DNA from: Candidatus Jordarchaeia archaeon
Lineage (GTDB): Archaea; Asgardarchaeota; Jordiarchaeia; Jordiarchaeales; Jordiarchaeaceae
Direction of reading: 5' to 3'
Assembly: GCA_029856435.1 (NCBI GenBank)
Contig: JAHQXB010000151.1
Location: 1 to 24,792 of the forward strand
DNA length: 24,792 nt
Part shown: piece by piece, positions 1-9,645 of the stretch
How positions within the stretch are numbered: position 1 is the first letter of the stretch
Layout of the letters: each line of letters begins with the position of its first letter
Position numbers and translations under genes: made by a program
The notes under the pieces: generated by a model
Seen by the model: only the letters and a program-made list of their open reading frames with translations
Databases searched by the model: none
Told to the model about the DNA's origin: nothing

Positions 1-117
1 TATTCTATATCAAGTCTTAGGGAAATTATAAAAAACAAAAATTTAAGTCTTTACCCCAAAAATATCCAAAAAGTTTCTTTTACACCCCCTATTGAAGCAA
101 ATAATCTATTAAAAAAA

Positions 118-123
118 TTATAA
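118..123 (+). promoter_or_regulatory. Possible archaeal TATA box (TTATAA) upstream of a hairpin-rich tract
   Basis: TTATAA preceded by an A-run, about 27 nt before the GC-richer hairpin tract starting at 145. The region is AT-rich, so this may be chance. Confidence 0.3.
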
Positions 124-268
124 TAAACTTCAATAAGAAACATTGGGCCTAAAAAGTTTCAAGCGTATTTTTGGGTTCGAGGCGCATCTGAAGGAGCGGA
201 GGCCGTCCTGACCCAGCGTTAACCTTGGTAACTTTGGGTTTTCCTCCCTCAAGTTTCACGGGGAGGCT

Positions 269-461
269 TTCTCCCGGCGATAGATTCGCAGGATCTTTGC
301 TATGGTTTTTTGCCGTTATGTTCCCTGATAATTTATGGTTTTATCGGTGTTTTTCCTCAATTTTTAATATTTCCATCCCCTTTAAGTGGTGAAAAACAGT
401 TTTGAGAAGAGCCAAAAAAAGCCCAAAAACAAGAGATTTTATGAATCTATCGCCCGGAGAA
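269..461. repeat. Long imperfect inverted repeat (arms 269-298 and 432-461)
   Basis: 269-287 ttctcccggcgatagattc is the reverse complement of 443-461 gaatctatcgcccggagaa with one mismatch. Pairing extends inward to 298/432 with one further mismatch and four G-T pairs. Confidence 0.85.
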
Positions 462-1322
462 CGGTTGAAGCAGGCACATCCCTCCTGCTTTCGGCTATAT
501 ATTACCCACAATTATTGTGGGTAATTTTTTCTCTCCATTTTTTTTACCATATACGTGTATTTTTTGTAAACGCAAACAGGAAAATATGCGTATTTTGCAT
601 AAAATTAGAGGAAAACAATTACCCATAGCACTTATGGGTAATGCATAGTTGCTTTCGGTGGGGGGATGTTTCCAATTGTGGCCCTGCCCTCTTTTGGGCT
701 TTTTCTAACTTCCCGCATTCCGGGCTGGAATTGGCCGCACGACATGTATGTGTATGGTTGTTTTTAAGGAATGATAGATTTAATGGTTTTTCTTTAACAT
801 TAACAGTTGGAATAAGTTAACAAACTTTCTAAATAGAAGCAGTTTTAACACCCCTCAAAAAGGGTCTTAGTCTTAGAGGGAAAAGAAGCACTATTTACCA
901 CATGTTTAAACAATACTCCGGGTGGCTGAATTTTTGTGGTGACCTTGCCTTAGCCTGCCTCCGCATCCCTTCCCACCTCCATTTTTCTACACAAGGTGTT
1001 AAAAAAAGATGGGGAGATGGTTTCTCTCAAAGCCAGCCACAAAAACAGATCCCTACAAACAGGAGTGCGGCCTAAACATATGGCTATTTAGACTCTTTTT
1101 GCCAAAAGGAGGAATAATATGGGAGAAAAACCAATCACAAAGGCAACAAGTCAATCTGGGTACGTTTCCCAGCGATTTTGTACCAAAACCTTTGCACGAC
1201 CAAAACCTTTTTCCTAACATCGAGATTAAAAATATATATCAGGCAAGTCATGAAAACAAATAAATTGGTTAAAATATTATAATAATATAACACAAGTGAG
1301 TGTTGAATTTTGAGGGAACTTT

Positions 1323-2477
1323 ATGTCTTCAGAAGAGGATAACTCCGTGGTTTTTGAACCATGGAGTAGAAAAGCAGGCATAGCAGGAAGCTCATACCTA
1401 GTGCAAATAGGAAAAGTGAATGATTACTGGTCCATAGCCATATTCCGGGGAAAAGACTTAATATCCGTAAAAAAGGTAGGCACACTTGACCCCAACGTGC
1501 TTACCAGCGTTATAAGCAGCAGCATATCTTTGCCTCTAATGTCCCCCTACGCAATTGTGAGAAGCTTGGGAAATATTATAAATGAAGCAAAAGTAAGAAA
1601 ATTTCCCATAACTTACACCCCAAGTCCCACCGAGGAACAACCAACCACTCCCACCCCAGAGACCTCTCTTGAAGCTGTTCCCGCCCCTGCTCCTACTTCT
1701 GCTGCAGTAGAGGAAACTGCTCCGAAACCACAAACAGATTTTGAGGCACTAACTGGTTTAAAAAGGGTAGAACCATCAAAGGCTACTGTCCGAGAGGAGG
1801 CTGCCAAAATCGCCAAATCAGAAGTGGAAGTAAGTGAGACACTGGGCGAGCCTGAAGTGGAGGAGTTTGAGGCACCTAAAATTGAGTCCTCCGAAGATAT
1901 GTTAAGTGAGTTTGCTGTGGGACCCAGCACTGCTTTTCGTTCTATGTTTGAGGAGGGGGTTCCCGCCGAGCCCAAGGTTCGTAAAACTACTCCTATGATA
2001 GAAATTCCCGCCTTGTCTCCTTCAGAAATGTGGCAGAAAGGAATTTCTGGTTTAACCTTCTTTTTGGAAATAGCAATATCCTTTATGAGGAAAAGATACA
2101 GCAAAGATTTGGACAAGCTTTGGCAGTATTACTTGGAGGTAGAGACTAAATCTTGGAAGGCTGCCAAAGACATGAGGTTTGAAGACATAGTGAAGACAAT
2201 AGTAAATATTGAGAGGTCTATGGGTTCAGAATTGGAGGTACAAGAGTTTACTGATAGTACCTTTAAAGCCAAAGTTACAAAGTGTCTCAGTAAAAACTAT
2301 AAAGAAAAATATCAGTCGGCACTTCAGCTGCCAGATGAGTTTCCCTGCATATTATGTAAAATCAGGGGTGAGGCAGTTAGTCGCAACCTTGGCTACTCCT
2401 TTAAACTCATAGAATCACCAGAAGGATGCCAGTTAGATATGAGCTCCTCCCCCAAAAAAGAAAAACTAATCATCTAG
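1323..2477 (+). CDS. Hypothetical protein: unknown N-domain, Pro/Glu/Thr-rich linker, C-terminal V4R/ATC-hydrolase-like domain
   Basis: 384-aa ORF with GAGGGA RBS. Linker PTEEQPTTPTPE..PAPAP. C-terminal pattern (helices, FKAKVTKC, FPCILC, YSFKLIESPEGCQLDM) resembles V4R/Bet3-like folds. The fold call is tentative. Confidence 0.75.
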   Translation: MSSEEDNSVVFEPWSRKAGIAGSSYLVQIGKVNDYWSIAIFRGKDLISVKKVGTLDPNVLTSVISSSISLPLMSPYAIVRSLGNIINEAKVRKFPITYTPSPTEEQPTTPTPETSLEAVPAPAPTSAAVEETAPKPQTDFEALTGLKRVEPSKATVREEAAKIAKSEVEVSETLGEPEVEEFEAPKIESSEDMLSEFAVGPSTAFRSMFEEGVPAEPKVRKTTPMIEIPALSPSEMWQKGISGLTFFLEIAISFMRKRYSKDLDKLWQYYLEVETKSWKAAKDMRFEDIVKTIVNIERSMGSELEVQEFTDSTFKAKVTKCLSKNYKEKYQSALQLPDEFPCILCKIRGEAVSRNLGYSFKLIESPEGCQLDMSSSPKKEKLII

Positions 2478-2965
2478 CTTACACCTCAAATATCCGCTAT
2501 GAAAAACATGTTTCCCCTTTATCCAAAGAAGCATATGTGCGTCTACCCTTTGAATCCAATGACAATTCCCCGTAACCCGAAAAATTGTGGTTAGTTAATG
2601 AGCTTCCCCAAAGGCTTTAACTCTTACCTTTTTCAATTTCTGCAAAACATTTACCATAAATAAACTTTGGAGTTCAACACTGTTAATTTAACATCACTTG
2701 TACGTTTGTCCATTTTTAGAAAATGTTGGAGACTCTGAAATCGGAGTGTTTGGCTTTTTTGGCCGGTTTTCCCTATTACTTTGGGCACCTGCCTATTTTT
2801 AGTAATTATTTTGAAGCTACTGCAAAGTACGTTAACTTGCATTGAACAATTAACAAATAAAAATAAAGGGACAGGCTAAAGTGGAAATCCCTATTCCAAA
2901 AAACATAGGCCAAAAAGGTGGCCATAACTTCTAATAACTCAGCGCATAGCTCACCGCGGGCCGCT

Positions 2966-4597
2966 CTATTTGATTCCCAGTTTCTGTTTTTCCTGTGCTA
3001 TCAGTTCCCGTCGAAGAATCTTGCCCGAAATTGTCTTGGGTATGCTTTCCACAAACTCTACTTCACGGATCTTTTTGTATGCCGCTATTCTCTCGGCCAC
3101 CCAATCTATGATATCTTGTTCTGTGACTTTGCCCTTAGATTCGGGTTTAAGGATTATGAAGGCTTTGGGAATCTGGCCCACATCGGGCTCTGTTGACGGT
3201 TTGCCGATGACTGCTGCGTCGAACACATGCGGGTTTCTGAAGAGGAGGTCTTCTAACTCTGCGGGAGCTATGGACCACCCCTTGTATTTGATCATTTCCT
3301 TTAAACGGTCAACAAGATGTTCATAGCCTTCCTCATCAATATATGCTACATCCCCGGTTCTTAGCCATTTCAAGCCTGTTTTGGGGTCAGTCCAAAAGGC
3401 ATTTTCAGTATCCTCAGGTCTGTTCCAGTAGCCCTTCATAACTTGGGGTCCCCTAACAACTAGTTCGCCCACCTGACCAGGTTCAGGGAGCTCTTCTGAT
3501 GTTTCAATATCGATTATTTTGTGGAATGTGTCGGGAAGTAGGGTGCCTTGGGATTCCATCTTGCGGCGATACATGGGATTCACCGCAACTACTGGGGAAG
3601 CTTCTGTCAAGCCCCAGCCGTGTTGCACTATAACGTTTTGGGCGTTGCATTTCTCTTTAGCCAATTTGTCAAACTTTTCGAGAAGGTCCAGCGGTATTGG
3701 GGCTGCGCCATTGTTGAATATTTTGAGATCTGACCAGTCATAACCCTTCACATTGGGGTCTTCTAGGTGTCTCACTACCGCCAGAAATATTGGGGGCACA
3801 CATAGGCTGTATGTTACTTTGTATTTTTCAATTAGTTCACAGAACTCCTTAACATCAAATCTCGGTACAACTACTTGGGCTGCACCGGTCCATACTGCTG
3901 CGTTCATGCAGCATGTCATACCGTAAATGTGGTATAGTGGAAGTACCGTCATCGCAACATCTTCTTCGCTTACCTCGAAAATTTGGGATATTTGGAGCAC
4001 GTTTGATACCAGGTTATAGTGTGTGAGCATTGCTCCTTTTGGTAATCCTGTTGTTCCGCTAGTATATACTAGCGCCGCAAGGTCTTCTTTTGCATTATAC
4101 TTGTACTCTGGGGGGTCTGGCTTCGTTTTCTCCATTAGTTCTGTCCAACCGATTGTGCCTTCTGGTTTAGGGCCGAACTCTTGAACAATTATTTTTTTGA
4201 GTTTTGTTTTGTCTTTAACTGCTGCTACGTTGGGATACATGAGTTGGAAAACTATCATTGTTTCTGCTCCCGAGTCCACTGATTCGTACTCGACTTCGTG
4301 GGATTTGAATAATGGGTTCATGGGGACTACGATGCCGCCTGCCTTTGATATTCCGTAGAAGGCTATCTCCCACTGGATTAGATTCGGCCCATACAATGCT
4401 ACTCTGTCTCCCTTTTTCACCCCTAGATTTTTCAGCGCTGTAGCGAATTTATCTACCTGCTCTTTAAATTCCTTGAACGTCATTTTTGCGGGGTGTAGAA
4501 ATGCTGGTCTGTCTGGGAATCTTTCGGCAGTCCAATCCAAAATTTTGTAAACAGGCACTTCAGGATAGTAAAGGTGGCCTCTCTTATATTTTACCAT
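2966..4597 (-). CDS. Acyl-CoA synthetase (long-chain fatty acid-CoA / 4-coumarate-CoA ligase-like, ANL superfamily)
   Basis: Motifs YTSGTTGLPKG, GWGLTE, WLRTGD, DRLKEMIKYKG, PKTISGKILRR. Start moved from 4687 to ATG 4597 (MVKYKRGH), which has GGAGGTG 6 nt upstream. Confidence 0.95.
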   Translation of the reverse strand: MVKYKRGHLYYPEVPVYKILDWTAERFPDRPAFLHPAKMTFKEFKEQVDKFATALKNLGVKKGDRVALYGPNLIQWEIAFYGISKAGGIVVPMNPLFKSHEVEYESVDSGAETMIVFQLMYPNVAAVKDKTKLKKIIVQEFGPKPEGTIGWTELMEKTKPDPPEYKYNAKEDLAALVYTSGTTGLPKGAMLTHYNLVSNVLQISQIFEVSEEDVAMTVLPLYHIYGMTCCMNAAVWTGAAQVVVPRFDVKEFCELIEKYKVTYSLCVPPIFLAVVRHLEDPNVKGYDWSDLKIFNNGAAPIPLDLLEKFDKLAKEKCNAQNVIVQHGWGLTEASPVVAVNPMYRRKMESQGTLLPDTFHKIIDIETSEELPEPGQVGELVVRGPQVMKGYWNRPEDTENAFWTDPKTGLKWLRTGDVAYIDEEGYEHLVDRLKEMIKYKGWSIAPAELEDLLFRNPHVFDAAVIGKPSTEPDVGQIPKAFIILKPESKGKVTEQDIIDWVAERIAAYKKIREVEFVESIPKTISGKILRRELIAQEKQKLGIK

Positions 4598-4889
4598 TAA
4601 TTGCACCTCCCAATTGTATTTAACACTTAACAAAATAAGAATATATTTAATTTTCGTAAAGTACTGCCATAACTTACCTGTTTTCAAGCCAGATTTCTAT
4701 AAAATTAAACATTTCGATTATTCTAAACAATTTATTCATACAGATTTGTTTTGAGATAGCCTCTTCTACGTGGGCCGATATTGAGAGTGTTGTCTTAGAT
4801 TTTCTTCTCCTCCCTATTTGTAGTGTGAGAAGTCAATAGAGGAAATCTACAGCTTTATGGGGTTCAAAAGTGACCCACTGTGTTACCTG

Positions 4890-6458
4890 TTATGTTAATT
4901 TTATTTTGTGTACTAGCTTTTGGAGTTCAGGATTAATTCCTGGAACTCCTTTTGTTCTAGCTATGGTTTCTATGTATAGTTTTAATGCACTATGGTACCC
5001 ATATTCTTTGCTTAGGTTTTTATTGAACCCCTTCATTTCGGCTAATTTTTCCAAGAGTTTTTGGGATGAGGAGCCATACTGCATAGCTATTTTTGGGCGG
5101 TTCACCAGAGAAGGGGGTAGCTCTATTTTTTTGGCAATTTCCCTCAAAATAAACTTTCTTATGTAATCTGAATTTGTTCTCGCGATTTTGTACTGGGGAG
5201 GAATTGATGTGACATATTTTACCATGTCATAATCTAGGTAAGGTAGTTTCAGTTCTATTGAATTGGCCATACTTGCTGCGTCATCCCTATGAATATTTGC
5301 TTCAGAGATTTCTTTGATGTCTCTGAAAAGTTCTCTGTGTAGGGCCTCATAACCCTCATATTTTAAGACACGTATGTATTTTGCGTATCCCCCGAAAAGT
5401 TCATCTGCCCCGCCTCCAGACGTGATGAAGCTTAGGTCTTCTTTTTTGGCTTGTTGCGTCGAGAAATATAATGGTAGTGCTATACTTACCTGGGATGGAT
5501 TAGTTTCCTCTATCATGTAGATTAATCTTGGTAGGTTTTCCTCAACTTTCTGAATTGTCATATAATTTATTTTGAGGGGCAAATCTAGTTCCTCTGCGGC
5601 TTGGACTGCTCCTATAATATCTTTTGAATTTTCCGCACCTGAACAGTAAAGAGTTGGTTTGTATCCCAAGTTTTGCATAGTTTTGGCTAAAACCGCACTG
5701 TCTAACCCTCCAGAAAAAAGCACTCCCACCCTCTCATTTCTAACCCTTTTTTCCACCGCTTTTTGAAGAAGCTTTATTACCCTATCCTGTGCGGTTTTGA
5801 GGCTTACTTTCCTATTGTATCCTTCTTTGAGACTTTCTAAATAATTGACTTTCACCCCTGATTCTTCAATTATTGCCCAGGATGAGGCGGGTAAGGTTTG
5901 GATGTCAAACATTCCAATACTCCAGAGGGCCTTCCTCTCGCTGGCGAAAGCTATTCTACTCTTGTCCTCAGATAAATAAAGGGGTTTGACGCCAATAGGG
6001 TCTCTGGCTATGAGAAATGAATTTTTGTAAAAAAGTGCAAAAGAGTAAACACCATCTAGAAGTCTTATGGTCTCATACATAGCGTACGAAATATTTGGTT
6101 TTGATAAAAGGAATTTCTCGAATAGGCGTAAAATTGATTCCTTATCGCTCAAAATCTCTCTGTTTGTGAGCTGCTCTATATCCTCTTTATTGTATATTTC
6201 TCCATCGCAAACGAGTGATACTTCCAGTTCTTCGCTGCTAAAAGGCTGACCCGCAGTGCTGGAAGCCACTCCTATGCCACTGGAGCCTTCCACAACCTGA
6301 ACGGATAACCTGTCAATCTCCCGAGCTCTGTAAATATTGTGGTTAAGGTCTACTCCCACAAAATTTGGGCCTCTATGCAGTGTTTCCCGTATCATTTTAA
6401 TAATTTGCTGAAAGATACTTTCTCCCCTTTTACTATACACACCAGCTATTGAGCTCAA
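4890..6458 (-). CDS. Asparagine synthetase B-like amidoligase with degenerate glutaminase domain
   Basis: HRGPN, GEIYN, ARDPIGVKPLY, FASERKAL, LFSGGLDS, GADELFGGY, ELKLPYLD. The N-terminus is MSSIAG (TTG start) rather than MCGIAG. Confidence 0.92.
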   Translation of the reverse strand: MSSIAGVYSKRGESIFQQIIKMIRETLHRGPNFVGVDLNHNIYRAREIDRLSVQVVEGSSGIGVASSTAGQPFSSEELEVSLVCDGEIYNKEDIEQLTNREILSDKESILRLFEKFLLSKPNISYAMYETIRLLDGVYSFALFYKNSFLIARDPIGVKPLYLSEDKSRIAFASERKALWSIGMFDIQTLPASSWAIIEESGVKVNYLESLKEGYNRKVSLKTAQDRVIKLLQKAVEKRVRNERVGVLFSGGLDSAVLAKTMQNLGYKPTLYCSGAENSKDIIGAVQAAEELDLPLKINYMTIQKVEENLPRLIYMIEETNPSQVSIALPLYFSTQQAKKEDLSFITSGGGADELFGGYAKYIRVLKYEGYEALHRELFRDIKEISEANIHRDDAASMANSIELKLPYLDYDMVKYVTSIPPQYKIARTNSDYIRKFILREIAKKIELPPSLVNRPKIAMQYGSSSQKLLEKLAEMKGFNKNLSKEYGYHSALKLYIETIARTKGVPGINPELQKLVHKIKLT

Positions 6459-6539
6459 ATTTGCGACATCCTTATTTTCCCTAAATCGTGCTATTTATAT
6501 CATCTATCTAAGATTTACGCTTTGAGAGGATAAGGGTAA

Positions 6540-7835
6540 ATGCCTGAAAAAAACATAGTGGAACCCCTTTTCGAAGGCCTGGATCTCTTCTGTCCAAACT
6601 ACAATCAAAATATATTTATGACTATTCCCACAGCCTTTAGAATGTTGGGCATCAATGTTAAAGACAGAAAGACTCTTATCGAAAACAAAAACTGTAAAAG
6701 TCTGTTTGAGGATAACGATTGCCTAGATGCTGAGAACGTTATTAATGTTATTGTAGACTCTATGGGCACCCAGCAGTTTCCGCTGGCAAGTAAACTCCCA
6801 AGAATTTATGAAAAACTAAATGGGATAGTGTTAAGCTCAATATTTCCAACCATCACTTCCGCCGCCATTCCCTCCATCCATTTCGGTTTACCCCCAGAAA
6901 GACATGGCGTATTGGGACACAAAATCCTCTTCCCTCAACTAGGCACAGTGGTAGACACTCTTAAAATGGCTTCCATTAATGCTCCCAGCTATGATCTCCT
7001 ATACAAGAGCGGAATCGACGTTAAACTATTACTGCTAGAACGGGGAATATACAAAGTATTAGAAGAAGAGAATGTGATCCACGCTGAACTGTTACCCTGG
7101 GAAATAGCGGGCACCGGGCTCTCACATTTACTTGAAACGGAAAAAGTCAGTTTAGGCTATTCAGACATAATAGATGGTTTTTCCCAGGCTAAGAGAATCT
7201 TGGAAAAGTATCGGGGCAGCAAAACTTTAATTAACATATATGTAGGCTTACTGGACTCTGTGAGCCACGTTTACGGTCCTTACAGTGAAGAGTACAAGTA
7301 TGCCATAGACCACCTCGAAAAAACATTTCTTAATTTTATTAGACGTTTAGATGATAGTATCGCTGGGAAATCTGTTGTAACCATGTTTAGCGACCATGGT
7401 CAGGATGAATTGGAAATGGAAAAAAAGATAACTCTGGGCGAAGAAGAAATTAAAGAAGTTTCAATGTTTCTAAGATTCCCACCCGGAAGGTCGGGACGCG
7501 TGTTACACTTCTATGTTGGGGAAGACTGTTTACAGGATTTGGTGGACTGGCTTACGAGAAAAGTAGGTACGAACGGGCTGGTGTTAACATTCAATGAAAT
7601 TAAAAGCAGGCTCTTGCCCGAAACTAGAGATGCAGACACTATTCGATCCAGAATCGGCGACGTAATACTTATAATGAAGAGGGGCGCTGAGATGAAAACA
7701 GAAAAAGAGGAGGAGGAGAAGGTGGAAATAATAGAGAAGACCTTTTTGGGGTCTCATGGTTCGCTAACTTTTAACGAGATAACGGTTCCCTATTTTGCCT
7801 CAAATATTAATAAGGTAAAAGAGCTCATCAATTGA
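6540..7835 (+). CDS. Alkaline phosphatase superfamily, nucleotide pyrophosphatase/phosphodiesterase-like
   Basis: VIVDSMG, SIFPTITS (Thr nucleophile), LDSVSHVYGP, FSDHGQ and GSHGSL metal-ligand motifs. Confidence 0.9.
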   Translation: MPEKNIVEPLFEGLDLFCPNYNQNIFMTIPTAFRMLGINVKDRKTLIENKNCKSLFEDNDCLDAENVINVIVDSMGTQQFPLASKLPRIYEKLNGIVLSSIFPTITSAAIPSIHFGLPPERHGVLGHKILFPQLGTVVDTLKMASINAPSYDLLYKSGIDVKLLLLERGIYKVLEEENVIHAELLPWEIAGTGLSHLLETEKVSLGYSDIIDGFSQAKRILEKYRGSKTLINIYVGLLDSVSHVYGPYSEEYKYAIDHLEKTFLNFIRRLDDSIAGKSVVTMFSDHGQDELEMEKKITLGEEEIKEVSMFLRFPPGRSGRVLHFYVGEDCLQDLVDWLTRKVGTNGLVLTFNEIKSRLLPETRDADTIRSRIGDVILIMKRGAEMKTEKEEEEKVEIIEKTFLGSHGSLTFNEITVPYFASNINKVKELIN

Positions 7836-7864
7836 TTGAAAAAATTTTTTATGTGGCGAGCGGA

Positions 7865-8569
7865 ATGGTGAAAATATCAGTCATTATTCCCACCCTGAAT
7901 GAGGAGCGTTATCTGCCCAGCTGCATTAAATCTGTTTTAAACCAAACCCTAACCCGCGACGAGTATGAAATAATTGTTGCGGATAGTCATAGTTCTGATA
8001 AGACTCGAGAAATCGCAAAAAGGTATGCCGACCACGTGTTGGATCTACCAAGAGAGGGAGCTGGAGCCGCCCGAAATGCAGGAGCCAAAATCGCTGGGGG
8101 GGAAATCTTACTATTCCTGGACGCCGACACAATTATATGTAAGAATTTTTTGGAGGAAGTTTTGAAAAATTGCGATGAAAACCAAATTGTTGGTGGTACA
8201 TGTGATATTTATCCTAGTGACGGCACTCCCTTCGGGAACGCGTTCTTCAAGTTAATTAATATGATTTACAAATTGGTTTTCCTTCTTGGTAAGCCACATG
8301 CCCAAACCAAGTGTTGCTTCTATAAAAGGAAGGCTTTCGTTAAGCTGGGGGGATTCAATGAGAATTTGATTGTTACTGAGGATCAAGAGATGGCGTGGAG
8401 GGCCGCTAAAATTGGCAAAATCCTTTACCTGAAAACAACGGCCGCATACTCCTCCATGAGGAGAGAGAAAACTTTAGGATATGTAAAAACTGTATTCCAA
8501 TGGCTAAAAAATTATGTTAGCGTCCTTATCTTTAAAAAATCAGAACAGTTTTGGCACCCCATAAGATAA
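7865..8569 (+). CDS. Glycosyltransferase family 2
   Basis: ISVIIPTLNEE, DSHSSD, ARNAGA, LFLDAD (DxD), GGFNE, EDQE. Start is either ATG 7865 or TTG 7832, the latter overlapping the upstream stop. Confidence 0.93.
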   Translation: MVKISVIIPTLNEERYLPSCIKSVLNQTLTRDEYEIIVADSHSSDKTREIAKRYADHVLDLPREGAGAARNAGAKIAGGEILLFLDADTIICKNFLEEVLKNCDENQIVGGTCDIYPSDGTPFGNAFFKLINMIYKLVFLLGKPHAQTKCCFYKRKAFVKLGGFNENLIVTEDQEMAWRAAKIGKILYLKTTAAYSSMRREKTLGYVKTVFQWLKNYVSVLIFKKSEQFWHPIR

Positions 8570-8931
8570 CAAAACCCAAATAATAAACTCAAAAAACACT
8601 CCACGGACTTGCAGCATTTATTCACGGAAACCTTGTCGAGAAAGACACTCATTTCGATGTTGAGAGCGAATCACCAAACTTATTTATATAGAATGTAATA
8701 CATGGTTAACTTAAAGAACCTAGGCGTCTGGCCCTAGCTTTAAAGGAATAAAATAAAACCAGCGCCGATTATAGTGTCGAAATAGTTACGTAAAACAAAG
8801 GTGGGCATTTTTAGGAGTGGTGGCGGATCAAGTTTGGAAGGCTCTTTTCGAAAAAGGGCTATACGTAAGGGTTCCCCTAATCTCAGCGGGTTTGATTTAT
8901 TTCCTGAACTGGAATCTTAATAGTGGTTTTA

Positions 8932-9549
8932 ATGAGCATAGTAGATATGCATGTTCACACCACGTTTTCACCCTGTTCCAAAATTAGCATCTACGAAGCT
9001 ATGGTGACCGCACTTGACAATGGGTTGTCGGGAATAGCAATAACGGATCACGACACTTTAGAAGGGGCGTTTAAGGCATGTCGCGTTGCAAGCAAATATG
9101 GAATCAGTGTTTTCGTAGGATGCGAGGTGTCTGCCTTTGAGGGCCACATCTTGGCGTATGGAATTTCGGAAACCATACCGTTAAACCTTTTTGCTGAAGA
9201 TGCACTCGATAGAATTCATGATCTTGGGGGAGTGGCTGTAGCTGCACACCCCTTCAGAAATCTGGAAAACAGTCTAAACAATAAAATATTTGAACTTCCA
9301 CTAGATGGTATCGAAGTATTTAACCACGTGTCCAAAAGAAGCGTTAACAAAGAGGCCAGGTCTGCCGCTTTAGAACTGGGTTTAGCACAGATAGGGGGAA
9401 GCGATGCACATGAGGCTAAATACATAGGCAGAGTAGCAACACTCTTCAAAGATGAAGTGTACGATGAAGATTCTCTGGTGAGAGCCATAAGGAAAAAAAC
9501 ATGTAAGCCCATTGTGCCAAGAAAAAGTCCAAGACATAGAGCAAGGTAG
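8932..9549 (+). CDS. PHP-domain metal-dependent phosphoesterase
   Basis: DMHVHT, AITDHD, GCEVS, GHILAYG, AAHPFR, IEVFN, GGSDAH. ATG 8932 preferred over GTG 8923. Confidence 0.93.
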   Translation: MSIVDMHVHTTFSPCSKISIYEAMVTALDNGLSGIAITDHDTLEGAFKACRVASKYGISVFVGCEVSAFEGHILAYGISETIPLNLFAEDALDRIHDLGGVAVAAHPFRNLENSLNNKIFELPLDGIEVFNHVSKRSVNKEARSAALELGLAQIGGSDAHEAKYIGRVATLFKDEVYDEDSLVRAIRKKTCKPIVPRKSPRHRAR

Positions 9550-9645
9550 AACATGGGTGTCCTCTTTTTGGGAGAAACAAAGCTTGGTGTAATATTTAAA
9601 AGTAAAGCTTTTGTTACATAAATCCACGTGTAAAAGGAGGCGCAC

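Noticed and set aside
145-300. RNase P or SRP RNA on the - strand (gagggaggaaaaccc, gggtcagg)
   Set aside because: The P4 partner sequence and the SRP helix-8 GNRA/AGCAG arrangement are missing.
851-864. cctcaaaaaggg shared with the MITE interior, with a similar cccctcaaaaa at 14172-14182
   Set aside because: An 11-12 nt low-complexity match without TIR or TSD context, compatible with chance.
386-1263. ORFs 386-628 and 1009-1263, and other short ORFs in the 5' intergenic region
   Set aside because: No RBS or recognisable motifs, and the composition reflects A/T runs. Probably spurious.
1-1320. Replication origin
   Set aside because: The region is long and AT-rich, but I found no repeated canonical ORB (TCCAnTGGAAA plus G-string) and no cdc6/orc1 in the window. 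The one partial motif near 660-677 is insufficient.
8820-8987. 55-codon GTG-start ORF (MADQVWKALFEKG...) before the PHP gene
   Set aside because: AGGAG lies only 2 nt from the start, it overlaps the PHP gene by 56 nt, and no homology is recognisable. It cannot be supported.
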